Source: Polyangiales bacterium
GTDB taxonomy: Bacteria; Myxococcota_A; Polyangia; Polyangiales; Polyangiaceae
Assembly: GCA_038231275.1 (NCBI GenBank)
Contig: JBBRLQ010000001.1
Span: forward strand, 416,001 to 480,000
Reading direction: 5' to 3'
Length of the DNA stretch: 64,000 nucleotides
A program made the position numbers and the translations under genes. The notes beneath the pieces were generated by a model. It searched no databases and was not told where the DNA came from. It saw only the letters and a program-made list of their open reading frames with translations. Shown in pieces: positions 18,741 through 32,855 of this stretch (within the stretch, counting starts at the first letter, position 1; each line of letters starts with the position of its first letter).

Positions 18741-20923
18741 GGTTCGGCCTCGTTCACCGAATCATGACCGACGCGCTCGCCGCGCTCGGCGTCCTCGCCG
18801 TGGTGAACACCGCGTCGATGAGCCCGTGGACGAACGCCTTCGTACTGATCGGCTTGGCGCTGGCGCTGGCGCTCCCGGAGTCGTGGCAGAACAAATCGAT
18901 CCTCCGCCACATCGCGACGATCGGGCCGCTCGCGCTCTTCCTCGTGCAGGGCGCGCGCCTCATCGCCGGCCGCTCTGCGCTGGACGTCGCCGTCGAGTTC
19001 GCCGCACTCCTCCAGATCATCCGCCTCGCGACACGACGCGGCGCCGCGCACGATCAGCAGATCATCGTCCTCGCGCTCCTCCATTTCGTGGCGGGTACCG
19101 TCCTCGGCGGCGGCCTCACCTACGGCATCTGCTTCCTCGGGTTTCTCATCGTCGCGCCTGGCGCGCTCGTCCTCAGCCACCTGCGTCGCGAGGTCGAGGG
19201 AAATTACCGCCAAGGAGCCCGCGATCGCACCGGCCTCCCCGTCGACGTACCGCGCATCCTGCGGAGCCGGCGCGTCGTAGGCCGAGGTTTCCTCGCCGCG
19301 ACGTGCCTCCTCTCGGTGCCGATCTTCCTCTTCACGGCCGCGCTCTTCGTCCTGTTCCCGCGCGTCGGGCTCTCGCTCCTCCTTTTGAACCATCCGCGCC
19401 AGGGACGCATGGTCGGCTTCTCCGACCACGTCGATCTCGGGCAGGTCGGCGTGCTCCGCAGTGATCCGTCGATCGCGCTCCGCTTCGAGGTGTCCGATCT
19501 CCCGGATCCGCCGCCGCCGCTCCTGACGTTGCGTCTTCGAGGAACGGCGTTCGACAAGTACGACGGGAGCGCGTGGGATCGCACGCTGAGCGAGCACCGC
19601 CTCGTCGAGCACGCACCCGAGAGCGGCGAGGCCTTCCCGGTGTTTCGCTACCCGAACCCGGCGATTGATCGGCGCGTTTCAATCGATCTCGAGCCGATCG
19701 ATCCGCCGGTGATTTTTCTGCCGCCGCGTACGGTCGGTCTGCGCGTGAAGCCGCAGAACCAGGCGCTCCTCGGCGAGCCGCTCAGCGTTCGCCGAGGTCC
19801 GGAAGGCGAGCTTCGCTACGCAGGCAGCGACGCGCATGGCCTCCGCTACGACGCGTTCCTCGCCGGCGAGCGCGAGGTGCTGACCGAGCCGATGGCTCCG
19901 AACGAGCGGGACCGTTACCTCGCCGTCCCCGCCGCGCTCCCGCATCGCATCGCCGATCTCGCGCACGAGTGGGCCGACGCGCAGCCGACCAATTTCTTGA
20001 AGGCCAAGGCCCTCGAGGAGCACCTGAAGAAGGACTTCCGCTACGACACCGGCTCGCCCTCGGGCGGCAAGCCGCAGCCGCTCGACCACTTCCTCTTCGA
20101 GTCGAAGCGCGGTCACTGCGAGTTCTTCTCGACCGCGATGGCGATGATGCTCCGCGAGCTCGGCATCCCCTCGCGCAACGTGACCGGCTTCGTCGGCGGC
20201 ACGTACAACCGCTTCAGCCGCTCGTACACGGTGCGTGAAGGCGACGCGCACTCCTGGGTCGAGGCCTACCTCGAGGACATCGGGCGCCCGAGCTGGCAGA
20301 CGTTCGATCCGACGCCGTCTGCGGGCGCGCGGCCCCTCCAGGAGACCGCCGGCGCGCTCGTCTACGTGCGCGATCTCGTCGAGGCGCTGTCGCAGCGCTG
20401 GAACCGCTACGTCATCGGCTACGATCTGCGCACGCAGCTCCGCCTTTTCGAGGATCTCAGCAACCGCTACGAGAAGTTCCGTCACCGTAGCGAGCTCGAC
20501 AAGGGCACGCTCGGCAAGATGACGCGCGCACCCGTACTCGCGGGCGGTCTCTTGGTCGTTGCCGCCGTGGGCTACGTGATTTGGCGACGCCGGCGGCGGA
20601 CGACCGACGAGAAGGAGGACAAGACCCCGCTCGAGAAGCTCGACAAGAAGCTGGAGGCCGCCACCGCGCTCTATCGCGCCCTCGAGCTCGCGCTCGCGAC
20701 GCAGGGGATTTCGCGACCGCAATCGCTTCCGCCGCTGAGGCACGCCGAGGAGCTCCGCGCGCGAAACCATCCGCTTGGCGATGAGATCATCTCGCTGACG
20801 ACCGTGTACCTGGAGGCCCGATTCGGCGGCTCTGCGCTCGACGAATCGAACAAGAAGGATTTCGAGCGGCGCATCCGCGAGATCCGGGTCTTCCGACCGC
20901 CGCCCGAGGCCTCACCGGCCTGA
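18737..20923 (+). CDS. Membrane transglutaminase-like protein (TgpA/DUF3488 family)
   Basis: N-terminal TM helices; GHCEFF, AHSWVE, FDPTP Cys-His-Asp triad. Confidence 0.92.
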   Translation: MRFGLVHRIMTDALAALGVLAVVNTASMSPWTNAFVLIGLALALALPESWQNKSILRHIATIGPLALFLVQGARLIAGRSALDVAVEFAALLQIIRLATRRGAAHDQQIIVLALLHFVAGTVLGGGLTYGICFLGFLIVAPGALVLSHLRREVEGNYRQGARDRTGLPVDVPRILRSRRVVGRGFLAATCLLSVPIFLFTAALFVLFPRVGLSLLLLNHPRQGRMVGFSDHVDLGQVGVLRSDPSIALRFEVSDLPDPPPPLLTLRLRGTAFDKYDGSAWDRTLSEHRLVEHAPESGEAFPVFRYPNPAIDRRVSIDLEPIDPPVIFLPPRTVGLRVKPQNQALLGEPLSVRRGPEGELRYAGSDAHGLRYDAFLAGEREVLTEPMAPNERDRYLAVPAALPHRIADLAHEWADAQPTNFLKAKALEEHLKKDFRYDTGSPSGGKPQPLDHFLFESKRGHCEFFSTAMAMMLRELGIPSRNVTGFVGGTYNRFSRSYTVREGDAHSWVEAYLEDIGRPSWQTFDPTPSAGARPLQETAGALVYVRDLVEALSQRWNRYVIGYDLRTQLRLFEDLSNRYEKFRHRSELDKGTLGKMTRAPVLAGGLLVVAAVGYVIWRRRRRTTDEKEDKTPLEKLDKKLEAATALYRALELALATQGISRPQSLPPLRHAEELRARNHPLGDEIISLTTVYLEARFGGSALDESNKKDFERRIREIRVFRPPPEASPA

Positions 20924-20924
20924 G

Positions 20925-21431
20925 TCAGGCCGCGATGCGGAGCTTGCGACCGAGGGCGATACGAACCGACGGCGAGCCAGGCGTCTTCTGCGTCTCGCCG
21001 TACACGGAACCGGCCACGGGGCGCGCGCGCCGAGCGTCGAGCTCGAGATCGGCAGTGCCCTCTTCGATCCACGCGATCACCAGCCCTCGCGAGCCATCGT
21101 TCGGGCCAACGTGCGTTCCGGCGACGGCGCGAAGCTCGACGAGGCTCACTTGCACGCCGACCCGAAGCTCCGCGCCCGAGAGCACGCGCTGGGTCGATCC
21201 CACGGGCCGCGACCACTCGACCGACCCGTCGTACGACTGCACGACGAGGCGGTAGGTCGACGCGTCGTTGAGGCCGGCCGTCTCGTCCGCGCGAATGAGC
21301 GCGCGCACCGAGCTGCCATCGACCCCCAGCGTCGTCGACGCGAGGAGCGCCATCCACGACGAGGCCGACGGCGGAGGTGCCGGGACGACCTTAACGGCGT
21401 TGGAAGCAGAAATGCGTCGGCGAGCTGCCAT
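20925..21431 (-). CDS. Hypothetical protein
   Basis: 168-aa ORF with a sigma54-type promoter directly upstream. Confidence 0.6.
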   Translation of the reverse strand: MAARRRISASNAVKVVPAPPPSASSWMALLASTTLGVDGSSVRALIRADETAGLNDASTYRLVVQSYDGSVEWSRPVGSTQRVLSGAELRVGVQVSLVELRAVAGTHVGPNDGSRGLVIAWIEEGTADLELDARRARPVAGSVYGETQKTPGSPSVRIALGRKLRIAA

Positions 21432-21447
21432 GATGTTCTTCGTCTAC

Positions 21448-21463
21448 TGCGAGCAGCGTGCCA
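21448..21463 (-). promoter_or_regulatory. Sigma54 (-24/-12) promoter
   Basis: TGGCACGCTGCTCGCA on minus strand with canonical GG-N10-GC spacing. Confidence 0.7.
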
Positions 21464-21637
21464 ACGAGTCAACGGCCCCACTCGCGACGCCTTTCGACGA
21501 AATCAGCGCCAAAAGTGCGGCGCTTTTGACTCCGCCAGCGTGCGACTGTGTCGAAATGCTGACGGACCCCTGTCGCTCTGACACGTGCGACAGGTAGGAA
21601 ACTGGCGCCCCGCTTCGAGCGGACCCGCTCCCGTAGC

Positions 21638-24250
<2,613 letters not shown>

Positions 24251-24263
24251 GGTTCAACCCCGG

Positions 24264-24291
24264 AAAGTAAGTCGGCCGGCGGGGAACGCAA
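24264..24291 (-). promoter_or_regulatory. Putative sigma70-type promoter of clpB
   Basis: TTGCGT-N16-TACTTT on minus strand, 13 nt upstream of the ATG. Confidence 0.4.
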
Positions 24292-24308
24292 GACACGTGC
24301 CGCGCGCC

Positions 24309-24344
24309 GGAGCGTTTCGCTCCGCGACGCTTCGCTCCACTTCA
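24309..24344 (-). repeat. Dispersed hairpin repeat, short copy 2 (begins at stop codon)
   Basis: Minus strand TGAAGTGGAGCGAAGCGTCGCGGAGCGAAACGCTCC. Confidence 0.85.
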
Positions 24345-25280
24345 GTTCGGCTCGCAATCTCCGTCGGCGTTCGACCAGAGCTGCGTAACGTCCCAGCCGT
24401 CGGCGCCGTGCGGAGCGATCTGGTTGCAGAGATCGCCGATCTCGCCGCCGGCGTTGTCCACGTCCTTGGAGCTGAACCACCCCGATCCGGGGAACGGATC
24501 GGTCGCCATCTCGGCGAGCTCGTGGGAGATGGCGAGCGGGCTCCGACCGAGCGGGCACGGCGGGATGATGGCGTACGGCTCGTCGCCGTCGAAGGCGTGG
24601 TAGCCGCCAGCGTCGATGCAGGTCTGGAAGACGTGCTGACCGCGCTGGCCGAGGTTCACGTTCACGCCGATGGGGAGGAAGAAGAGGTATGCGTCGGCGA
24701 GGGCGATGGTCGGAGGAGGAGGAGGACCGGAGTCGGTCTCGGGACCGGAGTCGGCGCCAGAGTCGGAACCGGAGTCGGAACCGGAGTCGGTGCCGGAGTC
24801 GGTGAGGGCACCTCCGTCGGGCACGTCGGGGTGAATCGCGGCGTGGACTGCGAGCTCGAGATCTTCGGCGGTGATGAGGCCGCTCGTCACGACGCCCGCG
24901 GGGAGGACGTTCGCGCGGGCGAGTCGAATGCTCGTGACGCGCGAGGCGCGGTTCACGCCGTACTGCTTCATGATGCCCCAGTAGTCGCTCGTGAGGAGCC
25001 AATCGAGGAAGGTGTCGAAGCTCAGCGCGCCGTCACCGTCCTCGCTGATGTACACCACGGTGAGGCGCATGTTCGAGAGCACCCGATGCTGGTGCGCTTC
25101 GAGGCGCGCCCACGGCGTCCTCGCGTCGGTCGGCGCGACGGCCTCGACCGACGCGTCACGCGGGACGGTGAAGGTGGCGCCGGCGTCGTCATCGGACGAG
25201 GCACGCGACGTTGGACCGCCGCAGGCCACGAAGGGCATCGCGACGAAAGCGAGTGCGGCCGCTGCGGTTCGCGCGAGCAT
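24342..25280 (-). CDS. Lipoprotein with Phi-1/EXORDIUM-like HExxE motif and DSGx repeats
   Basis: FVAC lipobox; SHELAEMATDP...GW...GEIGDLC; 12-bp DSG(T/S/A) repeats at ~24727-24801. Confidence 0.7.
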   Translation of the reverse strand: MLARTAAAALAFVAMPFVACGGPTSRASSDDDAGATFTVPRDASVEAVAPTDARTPWARLEAHQHRVLSNMRLTVVYISEDGDGALSFDTFLDWLLTSDYWGIMKQYGVNRASRVTSIRLARANVLPAGVVTSGLITAEDLELAVHAAIHPDVPDGGALTDSGTDSGSDSGSDSGADSGPETDSGPPPPPTIALADAYLFFLPIGVNVNLGQRGQHVFQTCIDAGGYHAFDGDEPYAIIPPCPLGRSPLAISHELAEMATDPFPGSGWFSSKDVDNAGGEIGDLCNQIAPHGADGWDVTQLWSNADGDCEPN

Positions 25281-25358
25281 CGGGGGAGACGCTAGGGTGC
25301 CGCGAGCGCAGGCGCCTGTCGAGGGGCGTCTCGCGTGAATTTCCGGTATGGGAAGAGC

Positions 25359-26237
25359 GTGCGCATCCACCTCGTCGACGGAACCTACGAGCTCTTTCGT
25401 GCCCACTATTCCAAGCGCCCCGACCACGCGTCGCCGACCGGCCAGCCACTCAAGGCCACCGTCGGCATCGCGTCGTCGCTCATTGCGCTGGCGCACGATC
25501 CCACGGAGGACGTGACCCACATCGGCGTCGCGTTCGACAACCCGATCCGCTCGTTTCGAAACGATCTCTTCGACGGCTACAAGACCGAGGAGGGCGTCGA
25601 GCCCGAGCTGCTCGCCCAGTTCGATCTCGCCGAGGAGACCGCCCGCGCGCTCGGCATGGTCGTTTGGCGGATGGACAAGTGGGAGGCGGACGACGCGCTC
25701 GCGACCGCGGCGGTGCGCTTCTCCGGCGACGTAGACCAGGTTCGCATCTTGACGCCGGACAAAGACCTCGGACAGGTCATCTCCGGCGAGCACGTCGTGC
25801 AGGTCGATCGCGTGCGCCAGAAGATCATCGACGAAGCGCGCCTCCTCGAAACGCGCGGCATCGCGCCGGCCAGCGTCGCCGATTGGCTCGCGCTCGTCGG
25901 GGACACCGCCGATGGGATCCCAGGAGTTCCGGGCTTCGGAGAGAAGACGGCGGCGGCGCTCCTGCGCGTGTACGGCCACCTCGAGGAGATCCCGCGCGAG
26001 GGTGAATGGAAGGCCACCGTGCGCGGCGTGCCGCGTTTGCAGGAGTCGCTCCGCGCGCGGTTCGACGACGCGCTCCTCTACAAGAAGCTCGCGACGCTCG
26101 TGACCGACGTTCCGCTCACCGAGTCGCTCGAGGATCTGCGCTTCCGCGGCGTCCCGCGCGCGCCGTTCGCGGCGTGGTGCACGAAGGTCGGAGCGCGCGA
26201 GGGCTTCGCCGAGCGCATCGCGCGGTGGGCCGACTGA
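25359..26237 (+). CDS. Stand-alone 5'-3' exonuclease / flap endonuclease
   Basis: HLVDGT, FRNDLFDGYK, EADDALAT, PDKDL, GDTADGIPGVPGFGEKTA. Confidence 0.93.
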   Translation: MRIHLVDGTYELFRAHYSKRPDHASPTGQPLKATVGIASSLIALAHDPTEDVTHIGVAFDNPIRSFRNDLFDGYKTEEGVEPELLAQFDLAEETARALGMVVWRMDKWEADDALATAAVRFSGDVDQVRILTPDKDLGQVISGEHVVQVDRVRQKIIDEARLLETRGIAPASVADWLALVGDTADGIPGVPGFGEKTAAALLRVYGHLEEIPREGEWKATVRGVPRLQESLRARFDDALLYKKLATLVTDVPLTESLEDLRFRGVPRAPFAAWCTKVGAREGFAERIARWAD

Positions 26238-26271
26238 GTGGAGCGAAGCGCAGCGAATCGCTCCTGGGGGA
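26235..26271 (+). repeat. Dispersed hairpin repeat, short copy 3 (begins at stop codon)
   Basis: TGAGTGGAGCGAAGCGCAGCGAATCGCTCCTGGGGGA. Confidence 0.85.
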
Positions 26272-26281
26272 CGCGCGACCG

Positions 26282-27631
26282 TCAGTGCAAGGTGCGCCAG
26301 CGCGCGTCGGTGTCGTCGAGGATTTGATCGTAACGCGCGCGCTCGGTCTCCGTCGTCGCGCTCGGGACCGTCGCCGCCGGATCCATCATCTCGTGCGCGA
26401 ACGGGAGACCTTCCCTCACGCGGTCCATCCGAGCCTGGCTCTCGGCGAGGCGCGCCTTGAACGCCGGCTGGAGATCCGACCACGCCTTGCCGACGTCCTG
26501 CTCGAGCGACGCCCGATCCGCCGACGTGAGCGTCCCGTCGTACACCTTCCGGAAGAACGCGAGCGCATCGTCGAACTTGGCGCCCGGGATCATCAGCAGA
26601 TCCATCCCCGCGAGGAACGATTTTACGTAGAGCCGCACGAGCGCCGTCGTCGACATCGTGCCGTACGGCCCCATCCACATCGCGTCGCTCACGGCGAGGC
26701 CCTGAAATCCGAGACGATCCCGGAGAACGCCGCGGAGCACGGGCTCCGACACGGTGGTGTTCGTGGTCGCGTCGAAGGCCGGGAACTCGGCGTGGCTGCA
26801 CAAGATGCTCATGCGGAACGCGCGGTCCCCGAGGCCGTTCATGTGATCGATGACCGCCTTGAACGGCGCGAGGTGCTTGTCGGCGGTCGGCGCGTCGGTG
26901 ACCGGCGAGACCACGATCTGCTCGTGCGTGTCGCCGCGCGTCTGGCCGAGCCCGGGGAAGTGTTTGGTGACGAAGACGACGCCGTCGACCGACGACGAAC
27001 CGTCCACCACCTGGGTCATCAGCTGGCTGGCGATCGCCTCGTCCTGGTCGGTGCCGCGGTTCGCGAAGAGCGAGAACGCGAGATCGCTGACGGTGCCGAG
27101 CGGATAGTTGATGCCGACCGACCTCATTTCGCGCGCGATGATCTTGCCATGCAAGCGCGCGAGCTCGAGGCCCTCGTCGTGGTTCTTGCGGTACGCGACG
27201 CCCAGCCATCGCGGGTGCGCGAGCGCGGTCATCCCGACCGTGAAGCGCTGGATGCCGGGCACCGACGTGAAGCTCGGCGTCGTGCTGAGCGCGCCGCCCT
27301 CGTAGTCGGTCGAGAAGAGCATCGCGCGGCCATGGGCGCTCTGCGACGCGCGCGAGTAGGTGTCGATCACCTTGCGGAGCTCGGCGCCGCTGGCGTGGCT
27401 CATGTTCCAGAAGACGATGCCGCCGGGCTGGCTGCCTTTGATCTCGGTGAGCACGTGCGGCACGACCTGCGCGACCGAGTGCTCCATCAGGAAGATCTCG
27501 CCGAGCCGACCGCGCACGGGATCCGTGTCGGTCTCGGCCTGATCGGACTCGTCGGCGACGCCGCTCGCATTCGACGAGCACGCCGCCGGGAGGACGGAGA
27601 GAAGAAGGAGGGCGACACCGGCAGCGCGCAT
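26282..27631 (-). CDS. Glycoside hydrolase family 3, NagZ-like beta-N-acetylhexosaminidase lipoprotein
   Basis: PAAC lipobox; DYEGG; KHFPGLGQTRGDTH signature; SDAMWM. Confidence 0.85.
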   Translation of the reverse strand: MRAAGVALLLLSVLPAACSSNASGVADESDQAETDTDPVRGRLGEIFLMEHSVAQVVPHVLTEIKGSQPGGIVFWNMSHASGAELRKVIDTYSRASQSAHGRAMLFSTDYEGGALSTTPSFTSVPGIQRFTVGMTALAHPRWLGVAYRKNHDEGLELARLHGKIIAREMRSVGINYPLGTVSDLAFSLFANRGTDQDEAIASQLMTQVVDGSSSVDGVVFVTKHFPGLGQTRGDTHEQIVVSPVTDAPTADKHLAPFKAVIDHMNGLGDRAFRMSILCSHAEFPAFDATTNTTVSEPVLRGVLRDRLGFQGLAVSDAMWMGPYGTMSTTALVRLYVKSFLAGMDLLMIPGAKFDDALAFFRKVYDGTLTSADRASLEQDVGKAWSDLQPAFKARLAESQARMDRVREGLPFAHEMMDPAATVPSATTETERARYDQILDDTDARWRTLH

Positions 27632-27646
27632 GGGATCGCTCGACGG

Positions 27647-27662
27647 TGCAATGTCGGTGCCA
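27647..27662 (-). promoter_or_regulatory. Sigma54 (-24/-12) promoter of the GH3 gene
   Basis: TGGCACCGACATTGCA, matching consensus TGGCAC-N5-TTGCW. Confidence 0.8.
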
Positions 27663-27787
27663 GGCACACATTTGCCCACCACACGGTGAGCGACTTGGTT
27701 TTGCTCGGTATTATGGACGTGGAGCGAGGCAGACCCAGGGCTGGCTGCGGCGCGCCGGTGGACGATCGATCCGGCGAACTTGCCGAG

Positions 27788-27837
27788 CGGGCTACCCCAG
27801 CCAGCACCGCCCCGGGCTACCCCAGCCAGCACCGCCC
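27788..27837. repeat. Perfect 25-bp tandem duplication spanning the peptidase stop codon
   Basis: CGGGCTACCCCAGCCAGCACCGCCC twice (27788-27812, 27813-27837). Confidence 0.9.
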
Positions 27838-28962
27838 CATGAACGGAGCGAGGCCCGACTGGCACGTCGCGGCGCAGCGACCGGTCGCCACGTCGATCGC
27901 CGTACCCGCGGCGCAGGCGGGCGCCGAGACGGCCGGCACGGGCACCTGGGCAGGAGCGGGAGGCGCGATGGGGCCGCTCGCGACGCGCGCCTCGACGACC
28001 TCGGCGTCGCGCAGGTGGGCTCGGAGGCTCGCCTCGCTCATCCACACGTAGCCTCCGTCGCCCCACTGCCGTCCCCAGCTGTTGTGCACGAGAAACTGCC
28101 GCGAGGCTCCCACCGTTCGATAGCCGACGAGCGCGATCGCGTGGCCGCCGCGATCGGCACGCTCGTATTCGGGCAGAACGCCGCCCTTCGCTCCGCGCCA
28201 ACTCCACGCCGCGCTGTCGATGTCGATCTGCGCGAACACTTCACGCCCGCTCGCGAGGGAGCTGACGATCTGCTCGATCGGACGGTTCTTCAGCACGCGC
28301 GCGCGACCCGTCCACGCCACACCCGCGCGCGCCGCGCGATCGCGCTCGGCGGCGAGCACCGGATCGGCGTGCCATGACCCCGCCTGCACACCGTACGACT
28401 GCTCGCAGCTGTCGTGGCGATCGAGGAAGCGGCACGCCTTCACAGGATCGTACGGCCACGAGCTCTCCAGCGCGATCGCCTCGCGCGGCGAGTCCCTCCA
28501 CAGATCGCTCCAGCCATCTTCGGCGACGAAGTGGAGCGGCGAGAGCACGTCGGCTCGACCCTGCCGGCGCAGCGAGTTCTCGAGGACGCTCGTGATCGCG
28601 AAGGCGAAGCACACACCCGTCTGCTTCTGATCCTTCGTCGGCCCGTCGAGGCCTTGCGCGCGCAGATCGACCCCGACGGGTACGATCGCGGGAAGGGGCA
28701 GGTCGAGCGTAGGCGCGTCGGGGGGCGGCTTCGGGAGCGCGGCGGCGCATGGGATCGGGACGAAGATCCCCGGAGCGATCTCCACCGGGGGGCACGATTG
28801 AACGGCCTGGAGGAACCGGCCGAGCTCGTTCGCAGGCGCGGGAGGAAGCGCAGGAACCCATCCCGGCGGCGGAATCGGCCACGAAGGCAGGGGATCGGCG
28901 CGCGCGCCGCGCGTCAGGAGGGTCGTCAGGAGGGCCATGCCGGCGAGGGCCGCGATGCGCAT
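27817..28962 (-). CDS. Secreted papain-family (C1A) cysteine peptidase
   Basis: Signal peptide; DQKQTGVCFAFA, GGHAIALVGY, HNSWG. Confidence 0.9.
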   Translation of the reverse strand: MRIAALAGMALLTTLLTRGARADPLPSWPIPPPGWVPALPPAPANELGRFLQAVQSCPPVEIAPGIFVPIPCAAALPKPPPDAPTLDLPLPAIVPVGVDLRAQGLDGPTKDQKQTGVCFAFAITSVLENSLRRQGRADVLSPLHFVAEDGWSDLWRDSPREAIALESSWPYDPVKACRFLDRHDSCEQSYGVQAGSWHADPVLAAERDRAARAGVAWTGRARVLKNRPIEQIVSSLASGREVFAQIDIDSAAWSWRGAKGGVLPEYERADRGGHAIALVGYRTVGASRQFLVHNSWGRQWGDGGYVWMSEASLRAHLRDAEVVEARVASGPIAPPAPAQVPVPAVSAPACAAGTAIDVATGRCAATCQSGLAPFMGRCWLG

Positions 28963-29005
28963 GGTCGACAGACCCTCGCAAGCGGCCTGCCAGCGAACTG
29001 AACCC

Positions 29006-31654
<2,649 letters not shown>

Positions 31655-31738
31655 GGAAGATTTGGGGAACAACCCCTGTTGTTTCCAGCACTTACGCTCT
31701 CCAGATCTACGCCTCAGGTTACCCACAGGCACGATCGG

Positions 31739-32839
31739 TCACGCGGGCCGAACGGTGCCCGAAACAACCCGCAAATCGACGCGGTCGCGAGGGCCTTCGG
31801 CGGCGCCGGTGTCGATCAACTCCGGCCGCGTCGTCGTGAGAAAGACCTGCCCTTCGTGCGCGCGCAGGAACGCGAACAGGGCGGCGGTGCGGCCGCGATC
31901 GAGCTCGCTCGAGACGTCGTCGAGCAAGAGCACCGGCCTCACGTCGCGCGCGGCGCCGACCACCTCGACCTCGGCGGCCTTGAGCGCGAGGACGACCGCG
32001 CGGTGCTGCCCTTGCGAGGCGACGCCGCGGACCGGGTGATCATCGATCGCGAGGGTGAGGTCGTCGCGATGAGGCCCGGTGCCCGCTCCGCCGCGGCGCT
32101 GATCCCGAGCGCGCTGCGACGCGAGCTCTTCGCGAAAGCGCGCGTCGTCCTCGGGCGCGCCGGGCGCGTACGCTGCGGTGAGGACGAGGCCGCTCGCGGC
32201 GATGCGCTTGAACGCGCGCTCGGCCTCGCGCGAGAGCTCCGTCGCCGCGCGCCTGCGGGTCCGCATCACGCGCAAACCGTGACGCACGATCAGCTCCTCC
32301 CACTGATCGAGATCGGACGCGCTCGGACCGCGCACGTCGAGCGCGCGCTGCCGTTCGCGGAGTGCGCGCGTGTAGCTCTCGAGCTCGCCCATCGACGCGG
32401 GCTCGAGGTACAGCCCGACGCGATCGAGCAGGCGACGACGCTCGCTTCCGCCGGCCATCGAGAGCGCGATCTCTCCCGGATGAAAGATCACGATCGGCGT
32501 CGCCACCGCGTAGGCCGCGAGGCTCGGAGGCCTTTTGCCGTCGATGCGGACCATGCGCGCGCCAGTCTTCACGCCGACGCTCTGCTCGCGTCCGAGGTCT
32601 CCTTCGCGCACCGTGCCGCGCACGCTCGCGAGCTCGCCGCCGTGCTCCACGAGCTCACCAGGGCGGCTCGCGCGGAAGCTCTTGCTCGTCGCCAGGAGGT
32701 ACAGCGCTTCGAGCAGGTTCGTCTTGCCCTGCCCGTTGTCGCCGGCGACGACGTTGAACCGCGGACCGAAGGCGACGTCGACCTCGGCGAGGTTCCGCAT
32801 TCGCCGCACCGAGACGTGCTCGATGACGAGGGGCCTCAT
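31739..32839 (-). CDS. recF: DNA replication/repair protein RecF
   Basis: GDNGQGKTNLLEA, GPHRDDL, SQGQ, LLLDDVSSELD. Confidence 0.96.
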   Translation of the reverse strand: MRPLVIEHVSVRRMRNLAEVDVAFGPRFNVVAGDNGQGKTNLLEALYLLATSKSFRASRPGELVEHGGELASVRGTVREGDLGREQSVGVKTGARMVRIDGKRPPSLAAYAVATPIVIFHPGEIALSMAGGSERRRLLDRVGLYLEPASMGELESYTRALRERQRALDVRGPSASDLDQWEELIVRHGLRVMRTRRRAATELSREAERAFKRIAASGLVLTAAYAPGAPEDDARFREELASQRARDQRRGGAGTGPHRDDLTLAIDDHPVRGVASQGQHRAVVLALKAAEVEVVGAARDVRPVLLLDDVSSELDRGRTAALFAFLRAHEGQVFLTTTRPELIDTGAAEGPRDRVDLRVVSGTVRPA

Positions 32840-32855
32840 GCCGGGCTCGCCTCGC

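Noticed and set aside
24342-27671. 1109-aa ORF and other long N-terminal extensions in the ORF track (e.g. 44050-48957, 61182-63572, 6845-9286)
   Set aside because: Extensions overlap genuine genes; real starts were placed at signal peptides or stop-start overlaps
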